Origin: Mobula birostris
Taxonomy: Eukaryota
NCBI RefSeq assembly: GCF_030028105.1
Contig: NC_092379.1
Location: 19,321,309 to 19,385,308 of the forward strand
Direction: 5' to 3'
Length of the DNA: 64,000 nucleotides
Of the stretch, positions 13,130 to 22,962 are shown in pieces. The translations under genes and the position numbers were made by a program. The notes below the pieces were generated by a model. That model searched no databases, was not told where the DNA came from, and saw only the letters and a list, made by a program, of their open reading frames with translations. How positions within the stretch are numbered: position 1 is the stretch's first letter; every line of letters begins with the position of its first letter.

Positions 13130-13790
13130 AAATGAATGAGTGTATGGACAACCAGAAACACAGGAGATTCTACAGATGCTGGAAATCTTGAACAACACAC
13201 ACAAAGTGCTGGAGGAACTCGGCAAGTCAGGCAGCATCTATGGATGGAAATAAACAGTCGATATTTTGGGCTGAGAGATTTCACTGGTACAGGAAAGGAA
13301 GTGGGCAGAAGCCAGAATAAGAAGGTGGGAGGAGTAGAGAGGAATACATTCTGTCAGATGAGAGGTGAGACCAGGTGAGGGGGAAAGTGTGTGGATGGGG
13401 GAGGCAGTATGAAGTAAGAAGCTGGTAGGGCATAAGTGGAAGAGATAAATGGCTGAAACAGAAGGAATCTGAGAGGACAGTGGACCATGGAGGGAAGTGC
13501 AGGAGAAGGGGAACCAAATGGAAATGATGGGAAGGTGAGGAGAAACGAAGGGATGAGGGTGTATCTAGTATGAGGAATAGAATAAAAGGGAGAATAAAGG
13601 AGTGGGGGATCATTACTGGAAGTTAAAAAATAAGTATTCATGGAATCAGTTTGGCAGGTACCTGGATGGAATATGAGGTGTTGCTACTCCAACCTGACTT
13701 TGGCCTCACCATGGCAGTAGAGGAGCCCATGGACAGACATGACAGAATGGGAATGGAAAGTCAAATTGAAATAGGTGGCCACGAGGATAA
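13130..13790 (-). mobile_element. Penelope-like element 3' fragment (GIY-YIG remnant and terminal repeat)
   Basis: 13150-13290 matches the terminal repeat of the 36.3-38.3 kb Penelope element. 13650-13790 is the reverse of its HSHSDMSIHGLLHC..LRLEEQHL coding region. Confidence 0.75.
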
Positions 13791-14751
13791 TAGAAATGTG
13801 ATTGGAGAGGTAGTCAGTTTCAATCGTGTTTTATTCTCTCTCTGTTAAACTTCAATCCCAATGGATACCAGAGGCAGGTCTAGAATCCAGTAAGTGGATA
13901 GCAATAAAATTCATTGATGAATTGTATACACAGCCAATCACTTTATTTCACACTTTCCTGCTGAACAATGATACTGTTGGGTAGAACCATCGGAGAATGT
14001 TGCATTGAGATTACTCTGGTAAAAGAACTTTGGCACAGGCTCCGAAAAACAGCTGGGACATTTTCCACCTGGAAATGGAAGATTCATAGATTTAAGTGTT
14101 AGATATTTTTACCTTTTTTCCCATGCTTGGAAAAAAGGGAGCCCCACATATTCCCACTCTGTATCCTTTGTATGTCACATCCTATCAGGATGAGGTTTTG
14201 TCAGCCATGATAAATGAATGTGCTCTCTGAACCTGGTCAAGGATCTGAGGACACAAGGTCACAACATTCACTTGAGGATTGGGCATCAATTCAAAATTAA
14301 TCCCGCCACCTACATTTCAGTGAGTGGACAATCGACAGAAGAGTCTCTCAGGAAACACTGGAAATAGACTCTGGAGACTGAAACAAATGCAAAATTGCAG
14401 AGATATTTTTTTGAGGAACTAACACTGAGAAGACAGTGAAAAGGGAACAGGGAGATTTTCTCTAGAAGGTAAAACATGGGACGTGAGCTTTGCTCACTAA
14501 ATTATTTTCATTATAACTACAAACATAGACAACTAAAATTATTGAGACGGAATGGACAGGTGACCTGATCTTACACCTTTCCTGCCCAGTAGATGGGGTT
14601 AAAGCTGCTGGTGATATGAGTTGATTCAAAGTGCAAGACTCATCTGTACATCACTCAACAAGATCGACAGTAGGGACAGGAATTGGGTGGGAGTATCAGT
14701 TAAGTAGTTTAGTATTGTAAGATAATTAATTTTTCTTCAGACATCACTCAC

Positions 14752-15123
14752 CCTCTTGATACGTCATGTTGACCTGACCACTGAAACTGGAAGGTGCGTG
14801 ATTCACTTCACAAATATATTTCTGTTTCTTGGTCCATTCCTGCACAGGCACTGTCAGGTAAGCGATTGTTTCAAATCCACCATCAGATCTCGGAGTGGAA
14901 GGGAGAATGATGCCTTTTTGGGCAGATCCAGCTTTTTTCCAGGATACTTTAACGTTGTCAGGAGCGAATCCAGATATCACACAGCCCAGGACAACATTTG
15001 CTTGCCCGTGGATTGCCTCCCGGGATGGAACAAGGGAGCTGAGCTTCGGAGCTGTAACAGGGGAGTTGCGCTTCGGAGTTGTAACAGGGGGGCTGAGCGT
15101 CGGAGCTGTAACACATTTAATAT
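14752..15123 (-). CDS. IgW: IgW heavy chain CH2 exon (5' boundary uncertain: 15123, 15105 or 15051)
   Basis: Donor GAGG|GTGAGT at 14751. PKLSSLVPSREAIHGQANVVLGCVISGFAPDNVKVSWKKAG..LPSTPRSDGGFETIAYL..EWTKKQKYICEVNHAPS..NMTYQE resembles skate IgX CH2 as I recall it. All three AG acceptors give in-frame phase-1 exons (372, 354, 300 bp). Confidence 0.88.
15034..15114. repeat. 27-bp tandem triplication at the 5' end of CH2
   Basis: gggagctgagcttcggagctgtaacag / gggagttgcgcttcggagttgtaacag / gggggctgagcgtcggagctgtaacac. Confidence 0.95.
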
Positions 15124-15985
15124 CTGTCAGTACATGATTGCTTTGCCCATGTTTTTGACTTCATTCTCCCTCATCCCAGGCAAGTTCCCCAATTCCAGCC
15201 CTCTCAAGAATGTTGTTAATTTACAGCTGATCTGATGATCTGATGGCTCACACCAGTGAGTGGGAGGGCTGGGTGTATAACTTGGGCCTCCCAGCAGTGT
15301 GTCCCACTGTGCTATGATAATGCGGAGAGGTGGGTCATGGGGTTGAGGTGCAGACCTGCCATATCTAATTGTTTACTGGAGAATGACTGATACCAGCTCC
15401 TGTGAGCAGGAGTACATGGTGTGGGACTGTTTCCACTGGCAAGTTTGGGAAACACAATTTTACTTTCAATGAGAAAGAAGAACAGATGGACAGGAGGAAA
15501 TTTTTTTTTTTGTTACTGCAAAGGCTTGTTCAGATCTGTGAGAAGATGGTTTAAGAAGGGCAGTGGAGTGGATTCCTTCATCACATTCACAAGAGATTGC
15601 TTTTACCAGAAGAAGGGCAGCTGCAGGGTGGAGGGGGAAAGTGCGGAGGAGTGGGGTAAAGTTTAAATTGTTGTTCTGTGTGCAGGGGCATGATGGGCCA
15701 GCGGTCTCTGTATGTGTACAGGAGCTGATCTGTAGGGAGGGTTTAGTGGGAGTGGGTGGTGGAGAGGCTCCTGAAATTAGACAATGGAGCGGATACAATG
15801 GAGGCAGATCCTGATACTGAGTTTCACTGCCCATATTGACTGTTATACATTTTCTCACTGCTGTTGTAAGAGCAGAAGAAAGGAGTTAGTTGCCATGCTC
15901 CTGCATTATCTGACAAAGCTTCCTACTCCAGATTTATGCTCTGACATCAGTGCAGCTTTCGATATAAATTAGTTCTGATACTAAC

Positions 15986-16567
15986 ATTGAGGTTGAGGTT
16001 TCTGCCACTGCGATGTCACACTCCCTGCCTTGCAGGAGTAGACTTTATTCTTCTTCTAGTCCGCCGCAGAGACTTCAAGCAAGCTGCTCATTATGTACTT
16101 AGAATTTTGCCCCAACACCGCCGGGTATTTCTTATTTTTTTTTTAGCATGTCATACCAGACGTTCAGCCATTCTTGTCTGGCACGTGGTGTCAGGATTAA
16201 CCGGGTCATGTTATGAACGTTCCTGACTTGACCCTTATATATTTCTTACGAGGCCAAGTGGCTATCTCGACACTCAACCGGGCACGGATGGACAGTGTGC
16301 TCGGGAGTGGGGAAAGCGTGCTAGGGAGTGGCCTAACCAGGATTTGAACTCGGGAACATTCGCTCCAGAATCTGGTGCTGATCTCACTGCGCCACCAGCC
16401 GGCCTGGAATTTCTTAATTCCAGTGGTGATGTCCCCACTGTTAGTGGACCATGTCTGACTGATGCTCTCAGGCTGATAGTCCTTGACCAGACAGAGGAGG
16501 CTGATGCCTTGGTCAGATTCTGTGTTGCAGGAAGGAGTGATGTAGACTGATGGTGCAGACTTGACCT
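15986..16567 (-). pseudogene. IgW: IgW CH1 exon disrupted by SINE insertion and nonsense codon
   Basis: tttccatttcag|AG GTC AAG TCT gives EVKSAPSVYITPSCNTESDQGISLLCLVKDYQPESISQTWSTNSGDITTGIKK [SINE] YPAVLGQNSKYIMSSLLEVSAAD*KKNKVYSCKAGSVTSQWQKPQPQ, donor T|GTTAGT. It is 300 bp once the insertion is removed; TAG at 16058-16056 replaces the conserved Trp. Confidence 0.92.
16135..16408 (-). mobile_element. Full-length tRNA-derived SINE with poly(A) and 8-bp TSD
   Basis: A-box TGGCGCAGTGAG, B-box GAGTTCAAATCC, A10 tail (16144-16135), flanked by TAAGAAAT at 16416-16409 and 16134-16127. Confidence 0.92.
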
Positions 16568-19500
16568 CTGAAATGGAAAGAAATTCACAGGCGGTTCTCT
16601 GAATAAATGCATTACTGGCAGAGAAAGGAGACGTTTTATAAAGCAGTAATTTTCAAAATTATTCACCTCATGAAACAAAGCTGATATCACTTTAACACTC
16701 AGCTGTGAGTCTGTGTCGCTGAGGTAGGAGGGTGTGGATCAATCCCACAGTGGCAACTTGGACTCACAATCCAGGCCAACACTTCAGTGCAGGACTGAGG
16801 CAGTGACCCAATGTCCGATTGGTGGAATTTCAGCCAAAATACCAAAGTGACAATCTGTCTCTCCTCCAAATACAATTCCTGATTCTGAGAAGTCTGTTAG
16901 CACTTGATCAATGAAGTTTACAAAAAAAGTAAGATTTAGAAGTATCTTATGGAATAATTCTGATGTGTTCAGTGTTGCTGTTGATGAGAGGAGTGATTGG
17001 TGTGGATATAGTGGTACCCAGTCTCCAGCACCATGTGTGCAGTATAGTGGAGGTTGGGAAATGGACTCTGCTTCTGAAATTCAACTCAACAGACTACATG
17101 ATGCAGCTGACACTGCCTCACATATTTACCGTGTGTGACTGAGCAAGAATTCCAACCCCACTGAGTCTGTGGAAACTACTGGCTAACTGGGAGGGAATGG
17201 TAACTTGCATCAGAAAGGACAGAGGAACTGTGGAAATACATTAGCCCAGACTCTGTGGAGAAGTGTCGGCCAACACAACCGACAGTGACGATGAGATTCC
17301 TGGGGAGATGGAGAATTCTCAAAGTGTTGTTAGATGTAGGTGATATTCTCACTGAACGACCAGCCCAGAGAGGAAATGCAGGTTGTAGCAATTCCCAACC
17401 ACTTAAGGTGTGAAATACACTTGAAAGCACTGTTTCTTAATTCATTTCACAGGAAAAGGAGACGTGTTGACTTACTAAGGTAGGTAAAGGTGCGAAGATC
17501 AATTAGCTAATTGACCAATTGACAGCTTTGACAGGTGGATATGTGGTTTGACCAGTTGTCAGAATTACCTTGAACAGTGTTGTGGACGGGGTTTGTTCTG
17601 ACCCACTGACGTGACATCATTCACCTCATGATTGACACTGTCAATGACAGATTGTTGCTGGTGGATGAGGTTAAAATCACCCAAAAAGACTGTGTGGACA
17701 CAGCAGGAGCTCTGGGAGTAGGAGACTAGCGGGAGGGTATGTGTTAGACAGTGTGAATTGCAGTAGATGAGGGCTTTGTTGCCCAACAGTAAGATGGTCA
17801 ACAGACACACACAGGCTTCAGATTGATTCTGCTATTGGAAGGGCAGCAAATTCAACATTTGGAGTGGAAGTGCAGTGGTGGGAAGGTCACAATTTCATTC
17901 AGGGGCAAAATAATGAAATATTCACTTCACAGTCATCACTCTGGGACAAAAGGCATAAAATATTGAAACCTGGGTTTCAAATAGAATGAATATAAATCAA
18001 TAACTATCTCAAGTAGATAGGAATCGATATAATGTAACTGGTCAGTAATGACAGCTGCATTGTTTTGAACCATTTCAAGGTGACACTGGGGACTGTGAAC
18101 TCAGAATATTTGCCTTCCTGAGTAAACACAGGTGATTCAGGTTGACAGGACAGGCAGAGCAGAGAAATGGTCCCTTTCTCATTCCTTTCAGACTGGGCCT
18201 GAAACAACCAGTGAAATGCTGACGTCAGACTCCCCATCGGGGACACAACTTCTGTCAAACAGTGGGACAAGCTGACCTGTGCTGTGATTGAAGTGTCACA
18301 GGAGAGAAAGCACAGGGCACGGTGCCAGCCGGACCATGTCCACACAGACCGGGCTGAATGGTGCTGGTTCAAACCTACTGGGACTCTCCCCACACTCCTA
18401 ACACTGGGAAAGGTGGGACCTCACTGGGTTTCTGGATGCTGGCGGCTTGTGTTGAGGTGTATCAGGGCCTCAGCATTAAATAGCCTCAGACAACACCCTG
18501 CTGGGACTCTGGGTCCAGAACACCCTGATGGGAGGGCTTTGTCTTGTGTTAATGCTGTCATGTAATTTAACAGGTTCAAAATGACTTGGAAACATTAAAG
18601 TTAATGTAAATTCCTGTGGCAACAATTAACTTTGCATATTTTGTTTAAAATAATAAATCTGAAATGCATTAAAACATAATAATCAGACAGAAATCATTCC
18701 TGGATAAATCCCTTCCCAAGGCCCAGAATCCCCAGTCAGATGAATGGAAAATGTGATCCTTTGTCAGGTCCGGCCTGTGAGGGAAACGTGGAGGTGGATT
18801 TCCCAGTGTTACCCTGGGAATTCCAGCAGGACCTGGTGCCATGTGGTAGTGTGTGGTCACTGCTCTGGAGGCATATGTCACTCAGTAAATCCTGGGTTAC
18901 AGTGGTCTGTGGAACTGTGAGATTGACTCCAGTGTAAGTGACTGAACACTAGTTGTCTCCTTCAGACTGCCAGGCACAACCAGCACCATTTCACCCACAC
19001 TATCCTCAGCTTCCCAGGTAGACAGTACCTCAGGAAAGGGCTGGTCAGCTGTAGTCTGAGGAGCCTTACTGCTCTTTATCAGTGTCAACCCCTGACAGCA
19101 GGGGAATTGCTGGACCAAAGACTAGGGACCATATGGATGGCCTATAACTAACTAGTGTTTGTCTATTCATCTACTGCATAGTCAGAATTCAGCTGAGGAC
19201 TTCTCAGTGGTGGGGAGCTTTAGGAATTGTAGGCTGAAAGTGACCATTCCCTTCCAACATCACCCAAACGGACGAGATTGTCATGTCGTAGTTCAGTTTG
19301 TGGGAACAAGATGCAGACAAGTTGGAGGTTTAGTCCCCCACATGAAGTGACACACTGCAGAAGTACTTGCTGGGTTGGAAAAGGCTCTGGGATGTTCTGG
19401 GGTTGTAGAAGTCAATGAAAAACAGATTGTTTTCTTGAAAATAAATTCTGTAAAATAACACTGGAAACAGCGTAGTTGCCAGAAATCAGACTGACGGAGT

Positions 19501-19720
19501 CTGGTGAAAGGTCACTGATGTGAAACATTCACTCTGCTTCTCACCCACAGATGGTCCCTGAGCTGCTCAGTGTCGGCAGTGCAGGAGGCACAATAATGTC
19601 AGTCGGTGAGATTTGCAGCTGAGGATCTTTTACATCCCGGGACCAGCAGGTGGTAAGTACAGTTCTGTCTGGATCAGTGTTCCTCTGGGTCTTTGTAAAA
19701 ACACCCAACGAACTGACTGC

Positions 19721-20020
19721 AGGGTGCTGGGGTGAAGAGAGGAACTGGATCTGGGTGGGTCACAGGGTGCGGGGGTGAAGAGGGGAACTGGATCTGAGTG
19801 GGTCACAGGGTGCTGGGGTGAAGAGGGGAACTGGATCTGGGTGTGTCACAGGGTGCTGGGGTGAAGAGGGGAACTGGATCTGGGTGGATCACAGGGTACT
19901 GGGGTGAAGAGGGGAACTGGATCTGGATGGGTCACAGGGTGCTGGGGTGAAGAGGAGAACTGGATCTGGGTGGATCACAGGGTGCTGGGGTGAAGAGGGG
20001 AACTGGATCTGGGTGGATCA
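19721..20020. repeat. 43-bp G-rich minisatellite, 7 copies
   Basis: Unit agggtgctggggtgaagaggggaactggatctgggtgg(g/a)tcac starts at 19721, 19764, 19807, 19850, 19893, 19936 and 19979. Confidence 0.95.
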
Positions 20021-20169
20021 GCTCAGAAGAAATTTGCAATGAAATAACACTTGGGAATTTGTACGAAATGATTGCCCAGAATCAGCAGATTGGGGGAGAC
20101 TCAGTCTGATTTTAGTCTGTATTGTACTAAGTGGATAGAATATCGGGTAGTATGAACGAAAGGTGGGCA

Positions 20170-20480
20170 GTTTTATTTATTCATCCTTTGGGATCTGGGC
20201 TTTGCCGGTAAAGTCTGAATGAATTACGCATCTGAGCTGCTATTCAGAGGGCATTTGGAGACAAACACATTGATGGATCAGGAGTCATAAATAGGCTCGA
20301 AGGGTCAGGATGACAGATCTCCTTCCCTGAGGGACATCAGTAAAACTGAAGGGTCATCATTACCAATGATTGGATTTAAAAACAATACCAATTATTAAAA
20401 TCTTGGAAATCCGACCACAGATCCAAATCTGTATTATGAACTGAGTATAAATTTGTCAATTTTGTTATGGTGGTATCCGT
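20170..20480 (-). mobile_element. Degenerate HE1-like SINE
   Basis: ttttatttattcatcc...ggagtcata...gacagatctccttccctgagggacatcagtaaaac resembles the reverse complement of the HE1 core. Confidence 0.45.
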
Positions 20481-20599
20481 GGACTGTTCATCCATCCCTC
20501 TGCACTACTCATTTGCTTTGATGTACTGTCCTGTTTCCAATCACTCCAAATCCAACCTTGTGCCTGTCCATTGGATCACTGTGTCCACGGTGTCCTGGA

Positions 20600-20790
20600 C
20601 AATATTTCTCCTTCAATAACATCACCAGAACAGACTGTCTGATCGTTCTCGCCTTGCAGTTTGTGGATTCTGCTGTATGCAGAGTGGCTCCACATTCCCG
20701 ACTCTACAACAGGGCTGTACTTTGAAACAACTTCATTGCCTGTGAAGACCTCGGGGGCACCATGAAAGGTGCTCTGTAAATGTCAGCACT
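20600..20790 (+). repeat. Old LINE/SINE 3' tail fragment
   Basis: tttctccttcaataacatcaccagaacagactgtctg...cttcattgcctgtgaag...gtgctctgtaaatg resembles a widespread vertebrate L2/CR1-partner SINE tail. Confidence 0.4.
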
Positions 20791-22474
20791 TTATCTCACA
20801 ACCACTTTTACTGAATCACCAGCAACACTGGTTAACGTAGGAAAACACTTGTTAAACAAACCCAGTCGGGGGATGGAGGAGGACAAGAAATTAGATGAGT
20901 TGCTCTGTCTGTGAACTAAGAATAAACAGTTCATTTGAACAGTAAAGTTCAACTCGTGTCCCGTGAGTGTGTGATGGGACAGGTTGGGGGAAGCTTCACT
21001 CTGTGTCTAATCTCTGCTGCCCCTGTCCTGGGAGGGATGGGACAGTGCAGAAGGATCTTTGTATCTAATCCGTGGCTGCCAGGACAGGACATGGGAGCTG
21101 TGATCTGCATTTAACTCATGCTCTGTGCACTCTGGGGTGCTTGTTGGAATCCCTTTGAGGAAGAATTTCCCAGATTTACAAGATAAATACTGATTCCATT
21201 GAATGATAGAGCAGAGAGTGAGGCCGTTCATCCTATTGTTTCTGTGCTTCATTTAGCTGAGCAAACCCAATAGACCCATTGGTCTCTCTGCTCTTCCCTG
21301 TATCCCTACAAAAGGCGGATCTCATCCTGTTCCCTCTCCACACTCACTATTGGCCATCACCATCATTCAGGCAGTGTGTCCCAGATCACAAACCTTCATC
21401 AACAAACCTTCCCTTAAATGCTCCCCTATTACACATTATTGAATTGAACGCTTCCCTCCCCACCCCACCTGCACCACTCCCCACTCCCCCACCCAACAAT
21501 GCAAGGCTGCCCGGAACGTGTGAAGGAATTGAGATTTCAGTTCCCCGCCTTACCTTTCCTGCACCACTTCCCCACTGCCTTCCCAACTCCAAAAATCTTC
21601 CCCACAGTACCCCACCTCCTCGCCCATCAGGGAATAAAACTAAAACCTCAATTCCATCAATTAATCCTGGGATATCGCCGATACTTTTGCTGTATCCCAG
21701 GACGGACCTCATGCCGGACATTACATGATGGGACTGACACCCACCTGTACCCTGGGGATATTGAGACATCAACCAGATCATACATGTGTACACCGTTCCC
21801 TCAGATTATGTCTGAATCCCATTACCTTCAACATGAAAGCAGCCGACAGTAAAACCCAATCCCAGTAATTTGACACCGAACAGATCCATTGTTGTCACTG
21901 ACAGGGAACAAGTTCAACTGCACTGAAACGCTCAGCCCCTGAACGTGGCTTCAGTCGGTGCTGAGGATCAGAAGCCAGACTTGAACCAAACACTGAGCTC
22001 ACTCAGCACAATCGGCCGGTGTCAAGGCACAGTCTGGTGACAAGATCCGACCCCATTCCCCTGAGCCTGTTCCCGGTCTGTGGACAGTGCACTGGTGGGT
22101 GGGGTGTGTACCCTTGTACTGTTACTGTGCTCTAGAGAAACCCGCCGGTTCGGGGAGATTCATGTACTTTCTCTAAATATCAACATGATCCCTGTCCGGA
22201 CCGGGAGCAGCCGCTTCCAGGATTTCCATCCCAAACTCTGTCCTTGTCTCTTGTTGGCGTGTGAGTAAAGGCATTTTCACAATTTCCCTGTCTGCGGACA
22301 CCGGCTCCCGCCATCCCCCAGAATCAGAGTCAAATCCTTTTGGGCTTTTAATTGTCCAGAAATGGGCATTTGCGCCCAGCAGTCCGAGTAAGGCTTCAGG
22401 GATTTGACTCTGGGAAGCAGCAATGCGGAATCCGTGGAGACAGACTGCGCTGCAGACACTCCTTTGTCGGGACC

Positions 22475-22502
22475 AATTTCTGTTCAGCTCCCCATCACCG
22501 TG
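22475..22502 (-). other. Recombination signal sequence (12-bp spacer) directly after the V(D) coding end
   Basis: Heptamer CACGGTG (22502-22496), spacer ATGGGGAGCTGA (12 nt), nonamer-like ACAGAAATT (22483-22475; 6/9 to ACAAAAACC). Confidence 0.6.
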
Positions 22503-22807
22503 CTCCCACCCTCTCGCACAGTAATAGGTGGCCGTGTCGTCCAGTCTCAGGTTGTTCATTTGCAGATAGACGGTGCTGCTGTCCTTGGAAACAGTGAACC
22601 GGCTCTGGACTCCAGGCGCGTTGTACTTGTTACCACCACTCGATATGTCTGCCAGCCACTCCAGCCCTTTCCCGGAGACCTGTCTCACCCAGTCCATGCT
22701 ATAGCTGCCGAGGCTGAACCCACTGACCGCACAGTCAGTCTGTGAGAATGTCCGGGCTTTACCACAAGCTGACTCGGGCTGTGTCAGCACGACGGCGGAC
22801 CGCACGC
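22503..22807 (-). CDS. IgW: IgW-type VH exon, open frame, probably germline-joined to D
   Basis: tttattgacag|GC gives [13 protein letters not shown][[12 protein letters not shown]][77 protein letters not shown], with canonical Cys/Trp/Cys and DTATYYC. Confidence 0.92.
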
Positions 22808-22916
22808 CTGTCAATAAAAAAGAGCAGAAATTAATAAAATGTTCCACGGTCAGGGGTTCACAAAGCCTCTGAGAAACAGCCGGTCCCGGTTGAGCGACAA
22901 GCGGCGGGACACCCAC

Positions 22917-22962
22917 CTGCCAGACAAGACAAGGGAAGACAGAAATAAGGCACGACCCCCAT
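22917..22962 (-). CDS. IgW: IgW leader (signal peptide) exon
   Basis: ATG at 22962, [15 protein letters not shown], phase-1 donor G|GTGGGT, 109-bp intron to the V exon. Confidence 0.85.

Noticed and set aside
16330-16405. tRNA gene
   Set aside because: A/B boxes continue into a 200-nt body, poly(A) and TSD, so it is a SINE head (likewise at 31020).
7792-16567. Assignment as IgNAR (five open C exons) or IgM
   Set aside because: A sixth, disrupted CH1 is present, the V has a conventional VH layout with CDR2 and split leader, and CH2 is IgX/IgW-like. IgM has only four C domains.
16911-17430. Short ORFs as an extra Ig exon
   Set aside because: No Cys-Trp-Cys spacing or suitable splice sites in any frame I read.
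19721-20020. CRISPR-like array
   Set aside because: Units are contiguous with no unique spacers, and the context is vertebrate.
20577-20592. CACTGTG-TC-CACGGTG resembling an RSS signal joint
   Set aside because: No nonamer at 12 or 23 nt on either side; it sits at the edge of an old repeat.
21850-21875. TTACTGGGATTGGG as a D segment
   Set aside because: No heptamers flank it.
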